35,127 nucleotides of DNA, taken from positions 1 to 35,127 of IMG/VR virus record IMGVR_UViG_3300025018_000339; one strand, 5' to 3'. The position numbers and the translations under genes were made by a program. Origin of the DNA: a virus. Lineage: Duplodnaviria > Caudoviricetes. Each line of letters starts with the position of its first letter. Within the stretch, counting starts at the first letter, position 1. Shown here in pieces: positions 16,788 through 27,824 of the stretch. Below the pieces are notes generated by a model that had not been told where the DNA came from, did no database searches, and saw only the letters and a program-made list of their open reading frames with translations.

Positions 16788-17363
16788 ATGGTAGTATCAT
16801 CAGAAGTCCAGATTTGTAACATGGCTCTCCGGTTCATAGGATCCGAGCCATTGATCAGTCTGGAAGATAATTCTAAGCAAGGGAAACTGTGCAAGCTCTT
16901 CTATGAGTTTGACCGTGACGTTTTGCTGTCGGAAGAAGTATGGAGCTTTGCCGTTACGCGGCAGGCTTTATCGCAACTATCGGACACGAACAACACGAAC
17001 TATCTCTATATGTATCAGCTTCCGGTTGACCCGTACTGCTTAGTACCGATCGAGATCAAAGACTACCCTAACCAGTCGTTCGTCATTGAAGGCCGGGTGT
17101 TGTATACGGATTTAGACCCCGTGATGCTCAGGTATACCGCACGGGTGACAGACCCCACGCAGTACCCGGCCCTATTCGCTCTTGCCCTTGCGTACAAGAT
17201 AGCCTCTGACCTTGCCAACTCCATCGAGGGGAAGCAGAACCGTTTCGGCGAAATGGAGGCGATGTACAGGAATACTCTTATCAAGGCGCAGGGAATTGAC
17301 ATCGGGGGAAGATCAACCCAAATCCCCGATTCACAGCTATGGACAGACGCAAGGTTTAGCTAA
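16788..17363 (+). CDS. tail tubular protein A / adaptor
   Basis: SEVQICNMALRFIG, WSFA, YQLP.D, FALALAYKIA. Confidence 0.88.
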   Translation: MVVSSEVQICNMALRFIGSEPLISLEDNSKQGKLCKLFYEFDRDVLLSEEVWSFAVTRQALSQLSDTNNTNYLYMYQLPVDPYCLVPIEIKDYPNQSFVIEGRVLYTDLDPVMLRYTARVTDPTQYPALFALALAYKIASDLANSIEGKQNRFGEMEAMYRNTLIKAQGIDIGGRSTQIPDSQLWTDARFS

Positions 17364-19357
17364 TGCCATACCTCATAAACTCATTTGCTTTCGGTGAAAT
17401 CTCTCCCGAACTCATGGGAAGGGTTGATGCGCCGTACTACAGGCAGGCATGCCGTACCTTACAGAATATGCTTCCAAAACCCACCGGCCCGGGAACACGA
17501 AGGCCGGGAACCTACTACGCGGCGACAACAAAGTCGAATGCGGTTGCGACCCTTATCCCCTGGTATCTCTCGGAGACGGACGCGAGAATCTTAGAAGTAA
17601 CAGAGGACGCAGTGCGTTTCTACAAAGTCGGCACGGACGGGATGCCTGCGCGGGTTATGGACGGGGCAACTATAGTTGAAGTTGACATATCCTCATGGAG
17701 CCTTGACGACGATGCCGGGGATCTTCCTTTACTCAGGTATGCTCAGGACTCAACCTCATCTTTATATGACACCATGTTCTTCTGCTGTGGACAAGGTGCA
17801 TCGGCGGGAGTTGGGCGGATTGCCCTGAAGAAGATCACGAGAACCTCAGACACATCATGGGCGGCGGCTGCGGGCGGAGCGTCGGGAACGTACTACCCAA
17901 CAGGGAACCCGACTAATATTACGATGTTTCAGGATAGGATGTGTTTGTCATACCTGAATCAGTTTTGTTTCTCAAAAAGTAATGGACATACCGATTTCGG
18001 CGTATCTTCGCCGATTGTCGCAACAGACGCAGGTAAATACGCGATATTCCCTGATCATCCACCGAACATAGGCTGGATGCTTGCCGGGAATACTTTGTGC
18101 TACGGGACACCTTCGGGAGCGTGGAGAGTATCGGGTAATAGCGATATTCTCTCTGGCGTAGCACTTGCGATTATCCCAACTCAGCAGGCAAGCGTAGGAG
18201 GCGCAAAGACTCAGGGCGTCGTGGCCGATGATATCATTATCTTTGTCCAGAAAAACGGCTTGCGGCTTCATTCCTTTGCCTACCAGGAAGCAGAAGCAAA
18301 GTATATGACAACAGACCTGAACTTCTTAGCTTCTCACATCATTGAATCCCCCGTAAAACAGATTGCCTATCAACGGGAACCTGAGCCGACACTTTGGGCG
18401 GTAACCGATGACGGACAACTCTTGTCAATGGCATATTCCAGGCAGATGCAATCCGTAGGCTGGGCGCGGCACGACCTCGGCGGAACGGTGGAAAGTGTCG
18501 CTGTTATCCCAGGAACAGACGAAGATCATGTATGGGTTATCGTCAACAGAACGATTGAAGATGCAACGGTCAGATATGTTGAAATGCTTGCGCCCAGGGC
18601 TTTTGATACCGTCGATGACTGCCACTATGTAGACTCAGGGATTATATGGGACGGAGGGGCGTCGGTTACGGTGACATCTATCACAGCAGCAGACCCGGCA
18701 GTTTGCACAGCTGCGGCGCACGGATTTGACAACGATGAGCTTGTCCGTTTCTCCGATGTGACAGGAATCACCGCGGTAAACCAACAGGTCTACATGGTGA
18801 AGAACAAGGATACGAATACCTTTCAACTGTATTCACGCGACGGGACAACGGCTATCGACTTCTCAGCAGAAACCGAGGCAGGCGGGGGCGGTACCGTAGA
18901 ACAGGTGATAAAAACCGTCACAGGCTTAGACCATCTCGAAGGGGAAACCGTTTCTATTCTTGGAGACGGGGCAACGATAGCCGATGAAGTTGTCTCCTCT
19001 GGTGCCGTAACAATGGACGAGTACGCAAACCAGGCGCACATAGGGCTAAAGTTCGAGAGTATTCTTGAACCAACAAGCATTGCTGACGGGCCGGGGATGC
19101 TGAAGAAGATCAGAAGTGTTTTTCTTAAACTGTATCGAAGTGTGACAGCGGAGATCGGCCCGGATACCGACCATCTGACACAGGCGACATTCCAGGAAGG
19201 AGAGCCGACGATGGATGCGTCTACGCTTGTCACGACCAATCTGAAAGAGTCTTTCCCAGGAGACTACAACTTTGACGGGAACATGAGTATTTTCACGGAT
19301 TCACCCCTTCCGCTTACGGTCTTATCGATAGCGGCTGAAGTAGACGGAGGCTCATAA
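17363..19357 (+). CDS. tail tubular protein B / nozzle with inserted FCCH-like domain
   Basis: NSFAFGEISPEL.GR.D, RRPGT, GWARH, ITAADPAV...HGF insert, GLDHLEGETV, PLPLTVLSI. Confidence 0.88.
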   Translation: MPYLINSFAFGEISPELMGRVDAPYYRQACRTLQNMLPKPTGPGTRRPGTYYAATTKSNAVATLIPWYLSETDARILEVTEDAVRFYKVGTDGMPARVMDGATIVEVDISSWSLDDDAGDLPLLRYAQDSTSSLYDTMFFCCGQGASAGVGRIALKKITRTSDTSWAAAAGGASGTYYPTGNPTNITMFQDRMCLSYLNQFCFSKSNGHTDFGVSSPIVATDAGKYAIFPDHPPNIGWMLAGNTLCYGTPSGAWRVSGNSDILSGVALAIIPTQQASVGGAKTQGVVADDIIIFVQKNGLRLHSFAYQEAEAKYMTTDLNFLASHIIESPVKQIAYQREPEPTLWAVTDDGQLLSMAYSRQMQSVGWARHDLGGTVESVAVIPGTDEDHVWVIVNRTIEDATVRYVEMLAPRAFDTVDDCHYVDSGIIWDGGASVTVTSITAADPAVCTAAAHGFDNDELVRFSDVTGITAVNQQVYMVKNKDTNTFQLYSRDGTTAIDFSAETEAGGGGTVEQVIKTVTGLDHLEGETVSILGDGATIADEVVSSGAVTMDEYANQAHIGLKFESILEPTSIADGPGMLKKIRSVFLKLYRSVTAEIGPDTDHLTQATFQEGEPTMDASTLVTTNLKESFPGDYNFDGNMSIFTDSPLPLTVLSIAAEVDGGS

Positions 19358-20521
19358 ATGGGATGGTTTACAGGCGGGCTAAAATGGCTCGGCGGCGGGA
19401 TATCTGACATAACTCATAATATCGGGGATGCTCTTAATATTGACGACGAGGTGGAGAGTTTCCTTGACGATCTGACAAAGGGCATTGAGGATATATCCGG
19501 GAAGACCGCCGCAGAGGACGCAGCGGAGACCCAGGCCGAGCAATATGACAAGATGTCTGAGGCTATCAAAGACCAGGCAAATGTCATGGGCGAAGATGCC
19601 GCGCAATCTGCAACCAACCTCGTCAACGATTCAAACGCTTCTTTGTCTAATACTCTCAACCTTGCATCAGCTTTGGGCGGAGTTGGATTTAAAGTCAACG
19701 CTGTTCCAGAGGTTGGGAGCACGGGAATAGATGTAGGGACTGAAGAATCCCAGGCGACGCGGGATTTGAAAACGCAACTTGAAGAACTAAATTCTAAAGT
19801 TACAGACCTGACAGGTCAGCGCGACACAGCGAAAGAAGACTACACTTCAGCAATAGACCTTATGAAGAGCGAAGCTGATAAGATAAAAGATTTGCGTGAC
19901 ACATATCTTTCTACCAAGAAAGCATATGACGATGTTACGAACAGCCTTGGCGACGACAGAAATGGGCATGAGGCGGATGCGGAAAAGGCGGCATTCAAAG
20001 CAGCGGAAAAGGCTCTTAGCGACTCCATGGGGCCTTATAATGAAGCAAAGGCCGCCGCCACAGAAGCTAAGGGAAGGATGGACAAGGCAGAATCAGACCT
20101 TGCCCCTCTCACAGCAAAGAACGATGACCTCACCACTCAACTAACGGAGATAGAAGGGTTCTCGGCAGATATCGCCGATGTTGCCCTTCCAGAGCAAGCA
20201 AAGTTTGCAGAAGGGTCTATGCCTGCCAACCTTGCCACAATACGAGACAGATTTCAGCAGGCCAGAAATACCTATGTAAGAGGCGTGCAAACTGATCTTT
20301 CTACAATGATGACAGAGCGGGAGAACTACGATTCCCAAGCAGCCATTACCCGGAAAGCTGGTGAAAAGGCAGGCTGGCAAGCTATGTTCGGATTTGGCGG
20401 AACCATACTCGGAGGACTTGCCGGGGCGTCTATGGGGGGTGCTCAGGGAATGCAGATGGGCATGGGATTAGGGGGACAATTGGGCGGATATTACGGTAAC
20501 TACTTTTCAGGGAGACTATAA
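19358..20521 (+). CDS. internal virion (ejection) protein
   Basis: Coiled coil plus C-terminal glycine-zipper hydrophobic segment; position after the nozzle gene. Confidence 0.7.
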   Translation: MGWFTGGLKWLGGGISDITHNIGDALNIDDEVESFLDDLTKGIEDISGKTAAEDAAETQAEQYDKMSEAIKDQANVMGEDAAQSATNLVNDSNASLSNTLNLASALGGVGFKVNAVPEVGSTGIDVGTEESQATRDLKTQLEELNSKVTDLTGQRDTAKEDYTSAIDLMKSEADKIKDLRDTYLSTKKAYDDVTNSLGDDRNGHEADAEKAAFKAAEKALSDSMGPYNEAKAAATEAKGRMDKAESDLAPLTAKNDDLTTQLTEIEGFSADIADVALPEQAKFAEGSMPANLATIRDRFQQARNTYVRGVQTDLSTMMTERENYDSQAAITRKAGEKAGWQAMFGFGGTILGGLAGASMGGAQGMQMGMGLGGQLGGYYGNYFSGRL

Positions 20522-22488
20522 TGGCAGTCATCAACCTTCCTCAGCAGAGCATGAATGTTCCGTCTCGCGGGATGAGGGCTCCGAACCTTGATAGCGGCGG
20601 GCAAAGATACGCGGACGCAGTAGAAGCCCGTGGCCAGCAAATGGGATGGAACGCGCTTGAAGGCGTTGCAAAGATAGGAGCTTCTATCTGGCAAGACCAC
20701 GAGAATAAGGTTAAGCAAAATACATTCAATGAAGGGAAGCTGAAATACATTGAAGCAATGGAAAAATTAAGGACACAGCTTGCCGAGACGCCCGGAGTAC
20801 CATCAGCGGACAACCCATATCCGAACGCGAAGGCGGTTGAGGATCTACACAAGACATTCATGGACGGGCTGAAAAACGTAAAAAACGATGATGTTAAGAA
20901 TGGACTTTCACTATTTATGCGTGAAGAATATATGAGACGGCATGAGTCAACAAAGATGGAAGACATCAAGACAGGGCGGGAAAAACACTTTGACGACCTT
21001 GCTGAAAGTTTCCAGTTCAACATGAAATCAAACGATCCCGACGGGCTGAACAAGGCAGCGCAAAACGTGAAGGACATGATTGCAGGCGGACTTGTCTCCC
21101 CCAAAGACGGAGATGATATGCTTGACGGAGCCTATCAGTATAAAGCAACAGAAGCCCTTATGAACGCGGCAACGCAGATGACAGAAGAGGACGGGGCTAA
21201 ACTGATCGAGGCGGCTGAGTCGTATACGAGTTATGACGGTAAAAAACTCGCATACAGCGACAAACAGAAAGAGGAAATGGTCAAGAATTTTACCGAACGA
21301 TGGAAGACCGTTGACGCACAAAAAAAGCAGATCAAAATAGACAACTATATTCAGGCAGGCAACGAATATCTGAAACAGTATACCGGGATATCCAATAGCC
21401 CCGCACAGCTTTCTAAGTTCAAAAGTTTCATCTTGGAGGACGCCAGGAGCGCGGACTTTGAGGGGCATACGGGATTACGGGAAAAGTACGTCAAGATGAT
21501 AGATTCTCAGATTGAAAACCTCGGCAAAGAGTCACCGGACAAAGACAACCCTGCCGTATATTCGGAACTTATGAAGATGTGGGGTGATGAGAGCATAAGA
21601 ACCCAAGATATACAGCTTATGGCGCAGAAGGCATTTGCTGAACGTGGAATAACAGAGAAGAGCAAGAATCTGTTTATGGGCAAGCGCACCGAGCTTGAAG
21701 GATTCGCCCAAGGCTCAGGACGCATTGACGACTATTTCAAGCTTCTCTTGAAGGACAAGAAACTTGACCCAACGAAAGTGAACGATCTGTATTCTACGGC
21801 TTTAGGCGAATATAACGACCTGTTCTCCGATCCAAAGTGGATGACCTACACGAAAGAAAAGCGCGTTGAACTTCTGCGGAAGCACACGGACAGTATTATC
21901 AATTCCTACAGTCAGAAAAATGTTTCTGATTACCTTGAAGGGAAGAAACCTGTTGAACGGATGGAGAACTTTGTAGCTTCCCCATATGCGAACTCGAACA
22001 ACGACAACAAGGATATCCAGAGACAGATACAGAACGGCTCTTTTGCTGACACAAAGGTAACAGCAAACGCACTCACTCAGCATCAGAACGGCTTGAAAGA
22101 CATGGCATATCGTACCATCGGATCAGCCCCGTACATGACATACGAACAAGGAGAGCTTGCGAACCTCGGACAGAACCAGGGGGATGTCATAATGGCGTAC
22201 AAGTCAGAGTATCCCGATGGATTGAGCGAGTCCGACATGAATAAAATATCGAAGTACACGTTCAAGGACAAGAACGGAACCCCGTTCAACCTGTATAAAT
22301 GGACTGTTGACGATAACAACGTGTGGAACCTCCAGGCATATGACGCGGGAGAGGCTAAGTGGTCACCCGTTGAGGATGTCCCATTCCTTACAAATCAGAA
22401 GTATTGGAAAAAGAAGTTGACCCCAAGGATTATACCAGGCGAAGTTCGCCCTGTATCACAAGAAGATGCCCAAAGATCAGGAACGTGA
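20521..22488 (+). CDS. internal virion (ejection) protein
   Basis: 655-aa helical, charged protein in the ejection-gene slot. Confidence 0.7.
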   Translation: MAVINLPQQSMNVPSRGMRAPNLDSGGQRYADAVEARGQQMGWNALEGVAKIGASIWQDHENKVKQNTFNEGKLKYIEAMEKLRTQLAETPGVPSADNPYPNAKAVEDLHKTFMDGLKNVKNDDVKNGLSLFMREEYMRRHESTKMEDIKTGREKHFDDLAESFQFNMKSNDPDGLNKAAQNVKDMIAGGLVSPKDGDDMLDGAYQYKATEALMNAATQMTEEDGAKLIEAAESYTSYDGKKLAYSDKQKEEMVKNFTERWKTVDAQKKQIKIDNYIQAGNEYLKQYTGISNSPAQLSKFKSFILEDARSADFEGHTGLREKYVKMIDSQIENLGKESPDKDNPAVYSELMKMWGDESIRTQDIQLMAQKAFAERGITEKSKNLFMGKRTELEGFAQGSGRIDDYFKLLLKDKKLDPTKVNDLYSTALGEYNDLFSDPKWMTYTKEKRVELLRKHTDSIINSYSQKNVSDYLEGKKPVERMENFVASPYANSNNDNKDIQRQIQNGSFADTKVTANALTQHQNGLKDMAYRTIGSAPYMTYEQGELANLGQNQGDVIMAYKSEYPDGLSESDMNKISKYTFKDKNGTPFNLYKWTVDDNNVWNLQAYDAGEAKWSPVEDVPFLTNQKYWKKKLTPRIIPGEVRPVSQEDAQRSGT

Positions 22489-22495
22489 GGAATTA

Positions 22496-25400
22496 ATGGC
22501 AGACTTTACACTTCCCGAACCACTTAAAGACCAGGCGCAAACAGCTGCCCCACAGTTTACTCTTCCCACACCGGCAACCCATACGCTAACCGATAACGAG
22601 AAATCAGCAGGCATCTTTGAAGCTATACAGCAGATGAGCGACCCGGAAGAGGGAAGGGCGCGTCTTATCGTCGCAAAGCACATCGCCGACAGGTTAGGTG
22701 TCACGACCTCCGAAGTCTTCAGGGACATCGACAACTACACGCAGAAGTATTACAAGGAAACCCGGCCAGCAAAGGACTTTCTTCAGGTTGTCAAAGATGA
22801 AGGCAGGACTCAATGGGCAACCATGCAGATTAGTAATCTATGGGTTAAGCATTCACAGGCCAGATCTCAGGAAGAAGCCGACAAGATATTTGAACAAATA
22901 GAAGTTGCTAAACAGTCTCTTCCTTCCCACGATGAAATACTATCCTTTGCACCTGCTGAATGGGTTAGGCAAGGATACGGGCTTCTTGCACAAATGGCTT
23001 CTTCTACCCTAACCGGAGCTGACTATGGCGTGGCTACTGCTCTCGGAGTAACCGCAATAGGAGCCGCAGTCGGCGTACCTGTCGGACTTGCCACAGCTAT
23101 AAAGATAATCATGGCAGCACACACCGCGGGGAGCGCGGGGAAAATGGAGTACGGCGGGTCTTACGGGGATATGGTAGAGAAAGGGATTTCCACCGATATA
23201 GCAAGGAAGTATTCTGCCCCGGTCGGAGTTATCAACGGAATGCTTGAAGCAGGGGAGTTTTTAACCTTTGTTGCTGGCGTCCCGGCTGTTGGAAAGTTAT
23301 TGGAAAAGGCAGCAAAAAAGACAATGGAAAATGTGTTCCTTTCCAAGATTCTTACCAATAGAGCCGTTAAGTTCGTAGCCTCCCATACCATAGCGGCAAT
23401 CCCCGAAGTGTTACAGGAAGACGTTCAGGAAGTCAATTCAATTGTTTGGGAACATCTTGCAACCGAATTTGAGAACGAAGCACACAATAACAATATCCCT
23501 GACCTTACGATACAAGATGTCAAGGACAGACTCAAAGAAATAACCCGCGTTTCGGCCCTTGGATTCACAGCATTGTCAGTTGCAGGCGCGCCGTTTAGAG
23601 CAGGCGTCAACTCTATCCGAAAAGGAAAGAGTTCAAAGCAGAGTTCCAAAATGGAACCTACCACTAAATCCACCACTAAATCCACCACGGAAGTCACCAC
23701 GGAAGTCACCACGGAAGTCACCACGGAAGCCCAGGCCCAAACTAAAGAGACCACGGAAGCTGAACTTGACACCCTTCTTGCGGCACTCGAAACAAACCCG
23801 GCTGACAAAGAATCAGACGAGCTTGACGCGATGGAAGAGACGAAGCCTATCGAGATTCAAGAGCCTACTCCTATGCGTAACCTAACGGGTGACGACTGGC
23901 TTACGAAGAAACGCATGGAGGCTGAAAACTCTCTTGATGCTGAAGCCGATTGGACGCCAAGCGAAGTCCTGCGGTATAAGGTGCTTGATTCCTTCCAGGG
24001 AGTCGATGAGTCAAACGTAGACGCAATCACCTCTTTCGTTGACCTTGTAGCCAAAAACCAGGGGATGACCGGAGATCAGTTCCTTTCAAAGAACTTCACA
24101 CCGGAGATTATCACCAAAGATAAGGCGGAAGGATCTATTGCCCAAGGCGAGAACCGGGGCGGGATGTCCTTCATAAACGAAGAGACAGGCGAGGCGACTT
24201 CCCCTCTTGATTGGGCGAATCTCAAAATCTCTAAGGCTCTCATGCACGTTGGCCCAGGATCGGACGTATCGACATTCTTTCACGAGTTTACTCATGCGGT
24301 GGTAGGTGTCGGTCTAACCGATTCACAAAGAGGCATCCTTGAAACGGCGTATCAGAAACCTTTGCAAGAGTTCACCGTCGCCGACCTTGAGGACGTAGCC
24401 ACAAAAGCTGAAGAGTATTTTGCATCAGGCGAATCCCCAACCCCTGAGCTTCGATCTTTGTACGAGAAAATCAGGGACATGATCACCCGGTTTATTGCAC
24501 GATTACAAGGGCAGATATCCCCGGAGCTGAAAGCGTTTTATGATTCTCTTGTAGCCTCTAAGCCCATGACACTCATGCAGGGAAATGAAAACAAACAACT
24601 CAAATCCGCCACCGGCAACACCGGCACCTTTGACCCGAATAATCCGAGTATCCTTTACCAACCCGGCGACTCCGAATTAGTCCGCAAAGCCGTTGAACAA
24701 AACGAATGGGTTGACGATGAACTGCTTTCCCGCTTTGCCTCTGAAGAATGGGCATCCGACGAGATAAAGAAACGTGCTATGGACAGGCGCACGGCAGGCG
24801 AATACGAGGACATGGACGAGTTTATACGCGACTCCATAGCCTTGAGCATCGACCCGACGAATGACGAAATCCTTTACTATGCACAGCTGTGGAAGACACG
24901 CGACCTTGCAACAGACACCATCCCGGCATCAAGGGAAGAGCAGAACAAGAACTTTGTTGACTCACTTGACAAACCAGGTCTTGAAACGCTTCTCTCCATG
25001 CTTGCAAGTGAGAACGATATAGCCGACGTATTCAAGGCTTTCGACCACGGGCTTATATCAAGCGCGATCAAGACTGTCATGAAAGGCGGTCACATATCCG
25101 ACGCTCACTATAAGAAACTCATGGATCAGGTGAAGTACAACCCCACGAGTTTCCGCGAGACGGTCTATTCACTATTGCCTGAAGGCGACGAGTACCGGGC
25201 TTTCATGGAGGAAGTGTCAACCGACCCGACGCTTGCCGAGCTTGAGAAAAGGAAACGGCAATTATCAGACCTCGGCAAAGAGATTGACAAAAAAAATACG
25301 ACAATTGAAAGCGCGACCCAGGAGATTGAAAGGGCAAAGTTTTACATCCAGAACCTTGAGAAGAAAACCTTTGCACTTGAAGATGCTCTATCTTCAGCAC

Positions 25401-27811
25401 AACAGGAAGCGGCAAAGGGAGAAAAGAGCGTAGCAGCCCCCTATATCAACGCCCTCTCATCGGCAAAGGCTGAGTCTCGCATGGCAGTATCAAGGGCTAA
25501 GAGCGAGAAGGCAAAAGAGATACGGAATTTCTACCGTGTCCGCGAGGCTATGCAGAAGATGATTAGGGTCATCATGGCCCATCCGACAAAGTCAATGAAC
25601 TATGAATATCAAAAGAGACTTCTTGACCTTCAGTCGGGATATACCAAGGGACTCGGCAAGAGGGGAACAGAAGCACGGCTTGATATGCTCAAGAGGGAGA
25701 TTTCACCGGAGATTAGAGCAGAGCTTGAAAAAGAACTCGCTGCAATTAACGTTAAGAAGATGAGCTTTGAACAACTCGAAGACCTCGCCGATATGGTGAA
25801 AGGAATCAGGCAGGCCGGGATTGATGCACAGAAACTAAACCTTCTCAACTGGCGTCTCATGTTAGGAGAGAATTGGAGCAAAATCCTTGAAACCCTTAAG
25901 CCGTTTATGAAAGAGGCTGTATTCGGTAAGACATCCAAAACGGGGAAGAAGCAAACCAAATCAACCATAGGTAAACTGATACAGTTCGCTACCCTTACAC
26001 CTGAAAGGATAGCCGAGCTTCTTGACGGAGGGAAGGACGGGATATTCCACAAACTATTGATTGAAGAAGTCAACGGCGTCACCGACGATGCGGACACGAT
26101 GATAAAGCAACGCCTTGCTAAAGTCCAAGAGGCTATGAAGAAATACGGTATAAATGCCTGGAAACTTGGCAGGGTAGAGAAGATAGCAGGATATGATTAC
26201 ACCCGGCACCAGATCATGGGGTTTTATATCCAAAACCAGAACGTTGATTCTCGCAAGGCTTTGCTTGACGGCGACAATCTGACAGAGCAAGACGTTTACT
26301 CTTTGATTCAGACATTGACCAACGAGGAAAGAGCTTTTGCAGATGAACTCATGGACATCGTAGGAAACGACCAGGAATTTCAACGGCTTGAAATAGCGGT
26401 CGGAGAGAACCGAAACGAACTCATGCAACAGGTTGAAAAATACTTCCCCATGCTCAGGCTCAACATGGAAGGCACAGGGTCTATGGATACCCAGGTTGTA
26501 GGGGAAATGGTAGACAGGAGCGGGAAAGGTAGACCCGGTGTGCGATTCGGAGGGAGGATAAGCCGTGTCAAGGTTGGCAAGAAGAATCAGACCCCGATAC
26601 GGCATGACGTTATAAACGTCGCAGTTCAGCAGATTATAGCCCAGGAGAAATATATCGCCATGCAGGGGCAAGTGAAGAAGCTTGCCGCTATATTTAACAA
26701 CAACGAGGTGAGAAAAGCTCTTGTATCGGCATATGGAGACAAGGCACCGCAATGGATAACAAAGTATTTGAACGATCTTGCAATACCTAACTTCTATAAT
26801 GACCAGATTTCAAGAACGTCCAAGATGCTCAGGAGCAACGCGGCGGTTGCCTACCTTGCCTTCAACGCCCTCACTGTATTGAAACAGCTCCCGTCGCTTG
26901 CCTTCTACCTTGCCGACGCTGGCCCGGTGGCCATGATAAGCGCAACAGGGGAGTTCCTTGCTCGCCCGATTCAGACCGTCAAACTTGTACGGAGTCTTGA
27001 CCCGCAAATGGCTTCCCGAAGTTTTGACCGGGTTATGGAAGAACTCAAAACAATGGACAAGTCAGGGTATGAAATGGCAATAAAGAAGATCGGGCAGTGG
27101 GGCATGGCCGGGATTATGATGATGGACACCATTGCGACCACGATAGGATGGAAAGCGGTCTACAACAAAGAAATGTCTATTCATGCCGATCCCGCGAAAG
27201 CGATGCGGAAGGCGCAAGAAGTCACCATGAGGACGCAGCCTTCTTCCCGCGTGCAGAACCTTGCCGAGATTTACCGATCTAATGAGGGCTTGAACTGGAT
27301 ACTCATGTTTACCAACCAGTTAAACAAGATTTATAATATCGCCTCATGGGATATTCCCCAGGCTTTCAGGCACAAGGAAATTGGCAAGGCGTTCACTTAC
27401 ATGGGAGCAATAGCTATCTCAGGCATGGCAATGGGCATGATTGCCAGGAAAGATATTCCCGACGAACCGGAAGACGCAAAACAGGCGGCACTCGATATTG
27501 GAGCGCAACTATTGGCCTCTATCCCGGTAGTCGGGGGGAATATTGTTGCCGGGACGACAGGATGGAGAAGCACCGGAGTTGACCCATTCCCAGTATTCGC
27601 CCAACTCGGAGCAACTGGAAAGACCCTTGTTGACGCAGACAAGGACATGGAACAGAAACTTGAATCTACATTGAAACTTGTACTTGAAGGCTTTGTTTTA
27701 ACAGGCATACCCCAAATAGCCACAAAGCGCAGTATCAAGGCTTTCTTTGATGATACATGGGACTTGCAATTTGACCCGTGGGAACTAATCGGCGGACATC
27801 CCGAAGAATAA
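22496..27811 (+). CDS. large ejection/polyvalent protein with zincin-like HExxH motif
   Basis: About 1770 aa; hydrophobic Gly/Ala segments; STFFHEFTH; QLKSATGNTGTFDPNNPSILY; GAGG RBS before ATG 22496. Confidence 0.8.
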   Translation: MADFTLPEPLKDQAQTAAPQFTLPTPATHTLTDNEKSAGIFEAIQQMSDPEEGRARLIVAKHIADRLGVTTSEVFRDIDNYTQKYYKETRPAKDFLQVVKDEGRTQWATMQISNLWVKHSQARSQEEADKIFEQIEVAKQSLPSHDEILSFAPAEWVRQGYGLLAQMASSTLTGADYGVATALGVTAIGAAVGVPVGLATAIKIIMAAHTAGSAGKMEYGGSYGDMVEKGISTDIARKYSAPVGVINGMLEAGEFLTFVAGVPAVGKLLEKAAKKTMENVFLSKILTNRAVKFVASHTIAAIPEVLQEDVQEVNSIVWEHLATEFENEAHNNNIPDLTIQDVKDRLKEITRVSALGFTALSVAGAPFRAGVNSIRKGKSSKQSSKMEPTTKSTTKSTTEVTTEVTTEVTTEAQAQTKETTEAELDTLLAALETNPADKESDELDAMEETKPIEIQEPTPMRNLTGDDWLTKKRMEAENSLDAEADWTPSEVLRYKVLDSFQGVDESNVDAITSFVDLVAKNQGMTGDQFLSKNFTPEIITKDKAEGSIAQGENRGGMSFINEETGEATSPLDWANLKISKALMHVGPGSDVSTFFHEFTHAVVGVGLTDSQRGILETAYQKPLQEFTVADLEDVATKAEEYFASGESPTPELRSLYEKIRDMITRFIARLQGQISPELKAFYDSLVASKPMTLMQGNENKQLKSATGNTGTFDPNNPSILYQPGDSELVRKAVEQNEWVDDELLSRFASEEWASDEIKKRAMDRRTAGEYEDMDEFIRDSIALSIDPTNDEILYYAQLWKTRDLATDTIPASREEQNKNFVDSLDKPGLETLLSMLASENDIADVFKAFDHGLISSAIKTVMKGGHISDAHYKKLMDQVKYNPTSFRETVYSLLPEGDEYRAFMEEVSTDPTLAELEKRKRQLSDLGKEIDKKNTTIESATQEIERAKFYIQNLEKKTFALEDALSSAQQEAAKGEKSVAAPYINALSSAKAESRMAVSRAKSEKAKEIRNFYRVREAMQKMIRVIMAHPTKSMNYEYQKRLLDLQSGYTKGLGKRGTEARLDMLKREISPEIRAELEKELAAINVKKMSFEQLEDLADMVKGIRQAGIDAQKLNLLNWRLMLGENWSKILETLKPFMKEAVFGKTSKTGKKQTKSTIGKLIQFATLTPERIAELLDGGKDGIFHKLLIEEVNGVTDDADTMIKQRLAKVQEAMKKYGINAWKLGRVEKIAGYDYTRHQIMGFYIQNQNVDSRKALLDGDNLTEQDVYSLIQTLTNEERAFADELMDIVGNDQEFQRLEIAVGENRNELMQQVEKYFPMLRLNMEGTGSMDTQVVGEMVDRSGKGRPGVRFGGRISRVKVGKKNQTPIRHDVINVAVQQIIAQEKYIAMQGQVKKLAAIFNNNEVRKALVSAYGDKAPQWITKYLNDLAIPNFYNDQISRTSKMLRSNAAVAYLAFNALTVLKQLPSLAFYLADAGPVAMISATGEFLARPIQTVKLVRSLDPQMASRSFDRVMEELKTMDKSGYEMAIKKIGQWGMAGIMMMDTIATTIGWKAVYNKEMSIHADPAKAMRKAQEVTMRTQPSSRVQNLAEIYRSNEGLNWILMFTNQLNKIYNIASWDIPQAFRHKEIGKAFTYMGAIAISGMAMGMIARKDIPDEPEDAKQAALDIGAQLLASIPVVGGNIVAGTTGWRSTGVDPFPVFAQLGATGKTLVDADKDMEQKLESTLKLVLEGFVLTGIPQIATKRSIKAFFDDTWDLQFDPWELIGGHPEE
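23660..23731 (+). repeat. 6 x 12-bp in-frame tandem repeat (TTKS/TTEV)
   Basis: ACCACTAAATCC x2, ACCACGGAAGTC x3, ACCACGGAAGCC. Confidence 0.95.
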
Positions 27812-27824
27812 TAAGGAGACTCAC

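Noticed and set aside
23660-23731. CRISPR-like array
   Set aside because: Contiguous in-frame 12-bp tandem units with no spacers
26054-26752. Long minus-strand ORFs (also 5410..6021, 9983..10576, 20541..21104 and others)
   Set aside because: Antisense shadows of well-supported plus-strand genes, without RBS or motifs
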